Assembly (NCBI GenBank): GCA_963755025.1
Contig: CAVWIH010000008.1
Span: forward strand, 1-34,095
Source of the DNA: an uncultured Actinomycetes bacterium
GTDB lineage: Bacteria > Actinomycetota > Thermoleophilia > UBA2241
Reading direction: 5' to 3'
Length of the DNA stretch: 34,095 nucleotides
Made by a program: the position numbers and the translations under genes
In this document: piece after piece, positions 1-7,847 of the stretch
Layout: every line of letters begins with the position of its first letter
How positions within the stretch are numbered: position 1 is the first letter of the stretch
The notes under the pieces: generated by a model
Told to the model about the DNA's origin: nothing
The model's database searches: none
The model's input: only the letters and a program-made list of their open reading frames with translations

Positions 1-5
1 TTCCT

Positions 6-83
6 TGGCGCGCCAGGAGGGATTCGAACCCCCGACCTTCGGTTCCGTAGACCGACGCTCTAATCCAGCTGAGCTACTGGCGC
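6..83 (-). tRNA. tRNA-Arg (anticodon ACG)
   Basis: Reverse complement GCGCCAGTAGCTCAGCTGGATTAGAGCGTCGGTCT-ACG-GAACCGAAGGTCGGGGGTTCGAATCCCTCCTGGCGCGCCA folds as a cloverleaf with T-loop GTTCGAATC and an encoded CCA. Confidence 0.97.
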
Positions 84-95
84 ACAGGGAGTGGA

Positions 96-106
96 AGTAT
101 ACCGCA
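96..106 (-). promoter_or_regulatory. -10 element TATACT (preceded by TGCGG) of tRNA-Arg
   Basis: TATACT at 96-101 on the minus strand, 12 nt from the tRNA 5' end. Same context and spacing as at tRNA-Ser. Confidence 0.6.
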
Positions 107-141
107 AAACGCCGCGCGTACGAGCCCGGTCGGCGAGATGC

Positions 142-234
142 TGGCGGAGAAGCCGGGATTCGAACCCGGGAACGAACTAAACACCAGTTAACCGCTTAGC
201 AGGCGGCTGCCTTCAGCCACTCGGCCACTTCTCC
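142..234 (-). tRNA. tRNA-Ser (anticodon GCT), long variable arm
   Basis: Reverse complement GGAGAAGTGGCCGAGTGGCTGAAGGCAGCCGCCT-GCT-AAGCGGTT...CCCGGGTTCGAATCCCGGCTTCTCCGCCA is a class II tRNA with an encoded CCA. Confidence 0.96.
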
Positions 235-246
235 GCGCGGGGGCTC

Positions 247-257
247 ACTATACCGCA
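247..257 (-). promoter_or_regulatory. -10 element TATAGT (preceded by TGCGG) of tRNA-Ser
   Basis: TATAGT at 247-252 on the minus strand, 12 nt from the tRNA 5' end. Confidence 0.6.
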
Positions 258-373
258 CTGCCCGGGCGCTCGAAAGCTTACGCGTGCGAAGCGCGCACGG
301 CGCGAGCCCTCAGGTGAAGTCGCGGGCTCCTCACTATAGGATTCGAAGCCGAACACCGAGAGGAGACCCCACT

Positions 374-1737
374 GTGGAGATCGCCGGCATCGCCGCCGAA
401 CTGCTCGCGCGCGTCGAGCGCGAGACGACCGAGTTGCTCAGCGCGCTGATCGCCATCGACACGAGCAACCCGCCCGGCAACGAAAGCGCGGTGGCGGCCT
501 TTCTCGACGACTACTTTCGCAATGACGGGCTGAGCGGCGAGATCTGCGGCGAACCGGCCGCGCGCCGCAGCTTCGTGGCTACGCTGCGCGGCGCGCGCCC
601 CGGGCCGCGCCTCGTGCTCATGGCCCACGAAGACGTGGTGCCGGCCGCGGCCGAGGAGTGGGCCGAACCGCCGTTCTCCGGCGTTGTCAAAGATGGTTAC
701 GTGTGGGGGCGCGGCGCGGTCGACGTGAAGAACCTGCTGGCGGCGTTCTGCGTGGTCATGCGCGCCTGGTCGACGAGGGCGTCGAGTTCGCCGGCGAGGT
801 CGTCTTTGTGGCCGAGGCCGACGAAGAAGACGGCGCCATCGGCGGGGCGCGCTGGCTGTGCGCGCAGCGCCCCGACCTGGTGCGCTGCGACTACCTGCTG
901 AACGAGGGCGGCGGGGAGTTCGTCACCATGCCCGACGACACGCGGCTCTACGAGATGCACGTGGGCGAAAAGGGTACGGCGCAGTTCCGCGTGATCGTGA
1001 GCGGCGAGTCGGGCCACGCCTCGGTGCCGCTGCGCCACGGCAACGCCGTGGTGGGCGCCGCCGACGTGGTGCGCGCCCTGCACGACTACGAGCCGCGCCC
1101 CAGCCTCGAGACCGTGCCTCCCGAGTACGTCGAGCTGCTGGTGGCCGACCCCGCGCTGCGCGCCGGGCTGCTGCACGAAGGCACGGCGCGGGCCGCTCTG
1201 GCCGAGCTCGGCGAGCGCGACCGGCGCGCCGCCGACCTGCTGGCGCCGCTCTACGGCGTCACCTTCTCGCCGACGATCGTGCACTCCAGCGGCGAGGCGG
1301 TGAACGTCTACCCGGGGAGCGTCGTGGTGACGGTCGATTGCCGCATGCCGGTGGGCTGGAACGAGGAGCGCGTCGCCGCCGAGGTGGCGGCGGCGCTGGC
1401 CGGCGTCGAGGCGCGCTGGGAGCTGTCGTTCCTGGGCACCATCGAGGGCAATGCCTCGCCGGTCGACTCGCCGCTGCGCGAGGCCGTCACGGCGGTCATG
1501 GCGCGCCTGGTGCCGGGGTCGCACGTCGTGCCGCTGCACTCTGTGGGGTTCACCGACTCGAACTGGTTCCGGGCGGCGTTCCCCGACGTCGTGGCCTACA
1601 ACTTCGCGCCGTTCCTGGTAGACGACGGGGCGGCGGTCTCACCGCGCTTTCACAACGTCGACGAGCGCATCGCCGTGCGCGACCTCGCCTTTCAGTCGGT
1701 CTTCGCCTTCGAGCTCGTAAGAGAGCTGCTCGGCTAG
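374..1737 (+). CDS. M20/M25/M40 family metallopeptidase (ArgE/DapE-like); one apparent frameshift at ~762
   Basis: AGGAG RBS precedes GTG 374. Motifs TSNPPGNE, MAHEDVVP and VWGRGAVDVK are in the first frame; ADEEDG, LNEGGG, GEKG, GHAS, GFTDS and FHNVDE are in the 658-1737 frame. One base restores VMRRLVDEG. Confidence 0.85.
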
Positions 1738-1763
1738 GCACAGGGCCCGCGCGTCGGCCGGCC

Positions 1764-1782
1764 CCGGCCCACGCCGGGCCGG
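1764..1782. terminator. GC hairpin between convergent genes
   Basis: CCGGCCC-acgcc-GGGCCGG lies between stops at 1737 (+) and 1820 (-). No U-tract. Confidence 0.3.
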
Positions 1783-1819
1783 CGCGCCGCGTTCGGGCGC
1801 GCTGCGATCGGGGTGCGGC

Positions 1820-2098
1820 TCAGGCCAGGCTGGGTTCTTTGGCCGGGTCCGCGCCGGCCGGCGGGGCTGCGAGCGGGCCCAGGCCGTCGCGCGACATCGA
1901 GCACTTGTCGGCCGAGGCGCACCAGTCGGCGCAGGTGCGCGTGATGCGCGGATTGAACATGACGGCGCCGCAGCTCGCGCAGCGCCGGCGCTTGTCGTCT
2001 TTGAAGAACTCCACCGGGGCGCCGCACTCGCGGCAGGGCACATCGAAGATGTCGTCGGGCGTCCAGTTGATGAGATCGCGTCCGGGGCAACCGGCCAT
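1820..2098 (-). CDS. Small cysteine-rich (zinc-ribbon-like) protein, 92 aa
   Basis: AAGGAGG RBS precedes ATG 2098. Pattern CPG..W.P.DIFDVP-CxxC-G..VEFFKD...-CxxC-G...NP....-CxxWC-x5-C gives 8 Cys. Confidence 0.8.
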   Translation of the reverse strand: MAGCPGRDLINWTPDDIFDVPCRECGAPVEFFKDDKRRRCASCGAVMFNPRITRTCADWCASADKCSMSRDGLGPLAAPPAGADPAKEPSLA

Positions 2099-2209
2099 GG
2101 CGTCCTCCTTCTGCTCTGCCGCCGACATTAACCCTATCGGCCCAGTGTAAAGCTCTCTGACGTCAGTGTAGGCCGCGGCCGGCGGGCCCGCAACCCGGTA
2201 GCGCCGCCG

Positions 2210-2271
2210 CGCGCCGCTCAGGCGCCGCCCCGCGCCGCTCAGGCGCCGCCCCGCGCCGCTCAGGCGCCGCC
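2210..2271. repeat. 21-bp tandem repeat x3 (CGCGCCGCTCAGGCGCCGCCC) containing the cooC stop codon
   Basis: Copies at 2210-2230, 2231-2251 and 2252-2271 (the last is 20 nt). Confidence 0.9.
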
Positions 2272-3039
2272 GGCCGCCGGCGCCAGGATGGCGTCGAGGA
2301 CGCCGTCGAGCGCCGTCGAGGTGGTGCTGTCGCGAGGCAGTTCGACGAGCGCCTTGCCGGCGGCGTCGAAGGCGGCCACCGACTGGTCGTCGGGGATCAC
2401 GGCGAGCAGATTGAGGCCGCGCTCCGCGATGACCGCCTGCAGCTCGGGGGTGAGCTCGCCGACGGCGCGGTTCACGACCAGGTAGTGGCGTCCGACCTGC
2501 GTCTTCAACTCGGCGATGAGGTCGACGATGCGGCCGGCCGTCGTCAGGCCGCGCACCGAGGGGTCGCTCACGATGATGAGCACGTCGACGTCGCGCGTGG
2601 TGCGCCGCGAGAGGTGCTCGAGGCCGGCCTCGTTGTCGATCACGACCCAGCGGTAGCTCGCGGCGATGCGGTCGACGATGGTGCGCAGCATCGAGTTGGC
2701 GGCGCAGTAGCAGCCCGGGCCCTCGGGGCGGCCCATGGCCAGCAGGTCGAGCCCGGTGCCCTCGACCACGTTGGCGTTGATCTCGTACTCGAGCAGGTCG
2801 GCCTTGGCGATGCCGGCCTCGAGCTTGTTGGCGCGCGCCTTGGCCGAGGTGTCCTCGCGGATGTCGCCGACCGTCTTGTCGAGCGGCAGGCCGAGCACGT
2901 CGTTCAGGTTGCTGGCCGGGTCGGCGTCGATGGCGAGCACCGGCCCCTCGTGCAGCTCGGCGAGGCGGCGCACCAGCAGGCCGGCGATCGTCGTCTTGCC
3001 GGTGCCGCCCTTGCCTGCGATCGCGAATGTGGTGGTCAT
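2260..3039 (-). CDS. cooC: CooC/AcsF nickel-insertion ATPase (CODH/ACS maturation), 259 aa
   Basis: MTTTFAIAGKGGTGKTT deviant Walker A, IDADP, MGRPEGPGCYC Ni-binding CxC and DNEAGLEHLSR. Start overlaps the upstream stop (TGATG). Confidence 0.93.
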   Translation of the reverse strand: MTTTFAIAGKGGTGKTTIAGLLVRRLAELHEGPVLAIDADPASNLNDVLGLPLDKTVGDIREDTSAKARANKLEAGIAKADLLEYEINANVVEGTGLDLLAMGRPEGPGCYCAANSMLRTIVDRIAASYRWVVIDNEAGLEHLSRRTTRDVDVLIIVSDPSVRGLTTAGRIVDLIAELKTQVGRHYLVVNRAVGELTPELQAVIAERGLNLLAVIPDDQSVAAFDAAGKALVELPRDSTTSTALDGVLDAILAPAAGGA

Positions 3040-5084
3040 CAGGTCACTCCTTCCGTCGGCCTGTTCACCCCACGCGCGCTCAACAGGTCCCGCACGGTGG
3101 GGAACGTGTCGAGGTCGGTGTGGGGCAGGAACAGGGCCGAGGTGTAGTCGTCCATGAACGTGCCGTCTGCGGAGAGCTCGAGGTAGGTCATCTTGGCCGC
3201 CACGTCGAGCACGTCGTGGCGCACGTTCACGCACAGCAGCGCCGAGTAGGCGCCGAGCACGCTCGTGTTGCCGAGAAAGTGAAAGCGCTCGACCGGCAGG
3301 TCGGGCAGCAGGCCTATGCGGATCGCCTTTTCGATGTCGAGGTACTGGCCGAAGGCGCCGCCTATGAGGATCTGCTCGACGTCGGCCAGGTCGACGCCCA
3401 CGCTGCGGCAGAGCACCGAATAGCCCGCGTAGATCGCCGCTTTGGCGCGCAGCAGGCCGGCCACGTCGCGTTCGCCGACGACGATGTCGTGGTCGGCGCC
3501 GGCCTCGTGCGCGAAGGCCACGACGTACTGGGCCGCGCCGCCGTCGCTCACCCGCACGCGCGGCGTCACCGCGGCGAGGCTGCGGTCGATGTGTCCCGAG
3601 CGGTCGAGCACGCCGGTCACGAAGAGCTCGCCGAGCAGGTCGATCAGGCCGCTGCCGCACAGGCCCACCGCCGGCGCGTCGTCGATCGTGCGAAACGACG
3701 GTTCGTAGTCGTCGGCGTTCACCCAGACGTCTTCGATGGCGCCCGAGGTGGCCCGCATGCCGTGCTCCACGCCGCCGCCCTCGAAGGCGGGCCCGGCCGA
3801 GCAGGCACAGGCGATCAGCCAGTCCTTGGTGCCGAGCACGATCTCGCCGTTGGTGCCGATGTCGATGAACAGCGTGAGGCGCTCGGTGGCGTACATGCCC
3901 GAGCTGATCACGCCGGCGGTGATGTCGCCGCCCACGTAGCTGCCCACGGCCGGCATGGCGTGCACGCGGGCCGCGGGGTTCACGTGCAGGCCGAGCTCGG
4001 CGGCGACGAGCTTGGGGGCTACCGAGATCGTCGGTATGTAGGGCTCCTCGCGCAGCGAGCGCGGGTCGAGGCCGAGCAGCAGGTGGGTCATGGTCGTGTT
4101 GGCGGCGACGGCCACCTCGTAGATGTCGCGGCCGGTCACCCCGGTGCGCGCCTCGAGCTTGGCGATGAGGTCGTTGATGGTCTCGACGACGAGCGCCTGC
4201 AGGCGCTCGAGGCCGCCCTTGCGGCGCGCGTAGACGATGCGGCTGATGACGTCTTCGCCGCAGGCGATCTGCTTGTTGAAGGCGCTCGACGAGTCGGTCA
4301 CGCGGGCGGTGGTGAAGTCGACCAGGTAGGCCACCACGCTGGTGGTGCCCACGTCGACCGCCAGGCCGTAGTTGAAGCCGGGGTCGCCCGCCGGGCGCAC
4401 GTCGATCAGGCGCGGCGGCAGGTAGCTGCCGTACACCCAGTCGCGCATCTCGAGGGTGAGGCAGACCCGCCAGTCGGCGGCGCGCAGGCGGCGCCCCAGG
4501 TCTTTGACGATGGGTAGCTCGGCGCGCAGCTCCTCGAGGCCGTGCTGGCGGGCGAGCTCGCGGCGCAGGCGGTCGAGGTCGCTCGTGTTGTCGGCCAGGG
4601 TGGGCGGCTCGACGGTCATGCAGAAGGTGCGCACGGCGGGGTCGCGGCGCCAGTCGCAGTGCACCGGCAGCAGGTCGGGCTGCGCGGCGGCGTGGCCGTG
4701 GGGCCGTACCTCCTCGGTGCGCCGCCAGGGCAGCGTGACCTCGACCGGGCCGGTGACCACCGAACAGCAGGCGAGGGCCGCGCCGGCCGCGACCTCGGCC
4801 GCCGTCAGGCGGCCGTGGTCGCGGCGCTCGAGGCCCTCGCCGGCGACCGTCACGCGGCAGCGCCCGCAGCGCCCCTGGCCGCCGCAGGGCGCGTCGATCT
4901 CGACGCCGGCCGCGGCGGCCGCGTCGAGCAGCGGCGTGCCGGCCGGCACCTGGGCCATCTCGCCGCCCGGCAGAAAGGCCACGACGACGCTCGGCGGCGG
5001 CGCGTCGCCGCGGCGCGCGGCGTCGTCGGCGAGCGGCGCGTCTGCCGGGCGCGCTCCCGGCGGTGTCGTCGTGGCGTCGGCCAT
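3039..5084 (-). CDS. acsV: ASKHA-family reductive activator of corrinoid protein (RACo/AcsV) with N-terminal [2Fe-2S] ferredoxin domain
   Basis: CGGQGRCGRC...C ferredoxin motif, GLAVDVGTT, GEDVISRI, VGGDITAG, FIDIGTNGEIVLG, CSAGPAFEG and GLCGSG. Adjacent to acsC/acsD. Confidence 0.92.
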   Translation of the reverse strand: MADATTTPPGARPADAPLADDAARRGDAPPPSVVVAFLPGGEMAQVPAGTPLLDAAAAAGVEIDAPCGGQGRCGRCRVTVAGEGLERRDHGRLTAAEVAAGAALACCSVVTGPVEVTLPWRRTEEVRPHGHAAAQPDLLPVHCDWRRDPAVRTFCMTVEPPTLADNTSDLDRLRRELARQHGLEELRAELPIVKDLGRRLRAADWRVCLTLEMRDWVYGSYLPPRLIDVRPAGDPGFNYGLAVDVGTTSVVAYLVDFTTARVTDSSSAFNKQIACGEDVISRIVYARRKGGLERLQALVVETINDLIAKLEARTGVTGRDIYEVAVAANTTMTHLLLGLDPRSLREEPYIPTISVAPKLVAAELGLHVNPAARVHAMPAVGSYVGGDITAGVISSGMYATERLTLFIDIGTNGEIVLGTKDWLIACACSAGPAFEGGGVEHGMRATSGAIEDVWVNADDYEPSFRTIDDAPAVGLCGSGLIDLLGELFVTGVLDRSGHIDRSLAAVTPRVRVSDGGAAQYVVAFAHEAGADHDIVVGERDVAGLLRAKAAIYAGYSVLCRSVGVDLADVEQILIGGAFGQYLDIEKAIRIGLLPDLPVERFHFLGNTSVLGAYSALLCVNVRHDVLDVAAKMTYLELSADGTFMDDYTSALFLPHTDLDTFPTVRDLLSARGVNRPTEGVT

Positions 5085-5087
5085 CGC

Positions 5088-6438
5088 TCAGGCGCTCCAG
5101 ACGTTCTTGAGAAAGCTGGGAATGTCGACGGCGTCGCGCGGGCCCACCAGGACTCTGCCAGTCGGGCAGCTCCTCTTCGACCTCGCCCGACAGGCCGGCG
5201 ACCAGGCCGGGAAGCACGAGCTTCTTGTGGCTCAGGCGCTCGGCGACGCCCGACTGCTTCACCGTCTTGACGACCTTATCGGCGTCGAACTTGCCGGCCG
5301 CCCAGCCGGTGAGCACCGACTGGCCGTCGGCGTCGGCGACCAGCAGCCAGGCCGACCTGCCGCTGCCCTCGATCTCGCCCGAGACGATGAAGTAGGTGAG
5401 CGAGAAGTTGGTCGTGACGAGCAGCGGGCTGTCGGGGCCGGGCGAGCCGATGGCGTAGAGCTTGGGCTCGACCTGGATGGGCTTCTGCGGGTCGGTGTAG
5501 ATGTTCTGGCGCAGGGTGAGCAGCGGGTAGATGAGCGCCGGGTCGAAGGTGTCGAGCACGATCACGCCGGCGTACTTGGCGATCGCCTGCGCGGCGCGCG
5601 CGAGCTCGCCGAACGGCGTGCTCGCGCGCGCCGCGGCGTAGAGCGGGTGACCGAGCGCGCGCTTGTTCTTTTTGAGGGCGAGGCGGCGCAGCTGGGTGAA
5701 GGCGGCGAGGTCGCCGGCCAGCGTGGCGGCGCCGGGGTCGAAGACCTGGTCTTCGACCCCGGCGCCGCTCACCTGCTGCGACACCTGGGCGAGCGCGTCC
5801 AAGTCGCCGCCCTCGGCGGCGACGATGAGCGCGCAGCCGTGCGTGGCGGCGACCTTTGCCTTGGCCTCCCAGTCGCCGGCCGTCGCCGGCCCGACGAGCG
5901 GCTTGTCGGCCGCCGCGCCGCCGCTCAGGGCGGCGTCGAGCGCGGCCGCGTCGCCCGAGAGCAGCACGAGCGGCAGGCCGGGGGCGGCGGCGCGGGCGGC
6001 GGCGACCGCCGCCGCGTACGCCGCCGCCCCAGCGCCCGCGTCTTCGAGCGCCACGCCGTCGAGGCGCAGCTTCAGCCCGACGCGCTCGATCTCGTAGGCG
6101 GCCACGCGGGCGGCGAGCTCGGCGAGCGCGCCGTCGTCGCTGCGCAGCCGCACGACCAGGCCGGGCTCGTGGTAGAAGGTCTTCTCGTGGCGGAACATGG
6201 CGACCTCGTTGCCCACCTCGAAGCGGCGTTCGCCGGCGCCCACCGCGACCAGGCGGATGGGCGGCGCCGAGGCGGCGTCGAGCGCCGCCCTGACCTCGTC
6301 GCTCACGTAGGGGCAGGCGTCGAGCGTGGTGCCCTTCTGGGCGAGCTTCATGGCGAAGGCCAGGCAGGTGGGAAAGCCGCACTCCTTGCAGTTGGTCTGC
6401 GCCAGCAGCTTGTAGATCTGCAGTCCGCTCAGGGCCAT
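5088..6438 (-). CDS. acsC: Corrinoid iron-sulfur protein large subunit (ACS/CODH complex gamma subunit); +1 frameshift at ~5154
   Basis: N-terminal CKECGFPTCLAFA...CP [4Fe-4S] motif, RHEKTF, RQNIYTDPQKP, LVTTNFSLTYF and SVLTGWAAGK. Removing one base gives the C-terminus WQVLVGPRDAVDIPSFLKNVWSA* with the stop at 5088-5090. Confidence 0.92.
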
Positions 6439-6441
6439 GGC

Positions 6442-7497
6442 TCAGGCCTCCTTGCCGGGCGCGCCGCCGGGACCGGCCGCCGGGCCTGCGGGGCCGGTCG
6501 CCGGGCCTCCGCCGCCGCCCGACGCGCCGCCGCCCGCCGCCAGGTCGTCGAGGGCGGCGCGCAGCGCGGCCACCGAGGCGGGGTGGCGCAGCACGGCGAT
6601 GTCGGCGCCGCCCTCGAGCATGGTGAGCGCGGTGACGACCTCCCAGGCCGGCGCCCGCGTGGCGAGGGCGCCCCACGACTCGGGCACGCCCTCGGCGACG
6701 CGCGACTCCTTCTGGCGCCAGGACTCCTCGCCCAGGTTGCAGATCATGGGCTGCTGGGTCATGACGTCGCCCATGAGGGCGGCCAGGCGTAGGCGCTCCA
6801 TGACCGAGTAGGTGTACTCGATGCCGTAGCCCAGGGCGCCGGTGTTGGGGTCCATGAGCACGCGTTCGAGGGGCAGGCCCATGTCCGAGATGAGGATGTT
6901 CAACTGCTTCGCCAGGTTGACGTCGATCGGCGAGAAGGCGACCACGACGTGGCCGTTGCCCAGGGCGGCGGCCACGATGGTGCGGTAGTTCTTGTCTTCG
7001 GCCAGGCCCAGCGCCAGGCGCTCGCCCTTGGCCTCTTCGGCGATCGCCACGAGCGCCTCGTTGTCTTTCTCGGCAACGCCGCAGCCGTAGACCACGAGCG
7101 GCACGCCGACCGCGTCGAGCACCGACCGCGTCGTGCGTGCGCACTGCTCGGCCGAGGCGTCGCCAAAGTCGGGGTGGGCGCCGCGCAGGCGCAGCACGAG
7201 CAGCTCGGCGCCGGCCGCGACCGCCTTGGCCGCCCAGGCGGCCGGCTCGCCGGCAACGCCCTCCCAGGCCGCCGCGAGCTCGGGCGACCAGGCGCCGCCC
7301 GGATCGACGTCGTTGATCTCGACGGCGAGCACCGGGGGGTGGGGGTTGACGCCGTCGAAGGACAAGAAGGGCAGGGTCGTCTCGCCGCCCACGGTCACGG
7401 TCGAGGCGCGCGTGCCGCCCTCGTCCGGGCCTGCGCCCAGGGTCACCTCTCTGACCTTTCCAGACCAGGTCTCCCTGGGGATCTCTACGATGCTCAT
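6442..7497 (-). CDS. acsD: Corrinoid iron-sulfur protein small subunit (delta subunit)
   Basis: VGGETTLPF, SPIDVNLAKQLNILI, MDPNTGALGYGIEYTYSVMERLRLAAL and GADIAVLRHP. Lies directly upstream of acsC. Confidence 0.94.
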   Translation of the reverse strand: MSIVEIPRETWSGKVREVTLGAGPDEGGTRASTVTVGGETTLPFLSFDGVNPHPPVLAVEINDVDPGGAWSPELAAAWEGVAGEPAAWAAKAVAAGAELLVLRLRGAHPDFGDASAEQCARTTRSVLDAVGVPLVVYGCGVAEKDNEALVAIAEEAKGERLALGLAEDKNYRTIVAAALGNGHVVVAFSPIDVNLAKQLNILISDMGLPLERVLMDPNTGALGYGIEYTYSVMERLRLAALMGDVMTQQPMICNLGEESWRQKESRVAEGVPESWGALATRAPAWEVVTALTMLEGGADIAVLRHPASVAALRAALDDLAAGGGASGGGGGPATGPAGPAAGPGGAPGKEA

Positions 7498-7646
7498 GTC
7501 GCGCGCTCCGTTGCCGAAAGGTGGGGTCCGGCCACACTGTGCCCAAAAGTCGCCCGGCGTGATCGACGCGCCCGTCGACGCTCGCGCACGGCGCGCACGT
7601 CATGTTCGGCCGTGATCGCGGGTACGGTGGGGGTGAGTTCCTTCAT
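7494..7646 (-). CDS. Putative 50-aa Arg-rich leader protein upstream of acsD
   Basis: Strong GGGAGGT RBS precedes ATG 7646. The stop overlaps the acsD start (ATGA). It is the first ORF after the predicted promoter. Confidence 0.45.
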   Translation of the reverse strand: MKELTPTVPAITAEHDVRAVRERRRARRSRRATFGHSVAGPHLSATERAT

Positions 7647-7739
7647 GGAGCTGACCTCCCTGGGGCGTGGGCGGGCAGGGGCGAGAGTGCAGCCATGCGC
7701 TCGTTGAACCTGTGAGCCTAGTGGAAACTCCCTAAGGGT

Positions 7740-7768
7740 ACTGTACGCAATGGCAGGGAGCGTGACAA
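7740..7768 (-). promoter_or_regulatory. sigma70-type promoter of the acs operon: TTGTCA-N17-TACAGT
   Basis: -35 at 7763-7768 and -10 at 7740-7745 with an exact 17-nt spacer, in an AT-richer intergenic patch. Confidence 0.7.
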
Positions 7769-7847
7769 TGTTTTGTACAGAGAGTCGCAGAAGCGGCGGC
7801 GAGCGACCGCTCGCGGGGCGCCGCGGCCGGCCTGCGCCGGTGGTCGG

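Noticed and set aside
5-199. 64-aa ORF at the window start
   Set aside because: It is the antisense read of the two tRNA genes.
6-234. tRNA-anchored prophage or integrative element
   Set aside because: No integrase and no duplicated tRNA 3' end were seen in the window. The tRNA 3' side lies outside the window.
2260-6438. 1392-aa ORF looking like an AcsC-CooC fusion
   Set aside because: Product of the +1 indel at ~5154. The middle is an off-frame read of acsV (Arg/Gly/Pro-rich), and cooC has its own start at 3039.
5088-6438. HgcA mercury methylase (AcsC homolog)
   Set aside because: It has the N-terminal [4Fe-4S] domain and SVLTGWAAGK instead of the HgcA N(V/I)WCA(A/G)GK cap helix. There is no TM domain and no hgcB.
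7646-7735. Cobalamin riboswitch ahead of the corrinoid genes
   Set aside because: The leader is short and I cannot find the B12-box or the GGGAA...GCCCCCGCAACTGT core.
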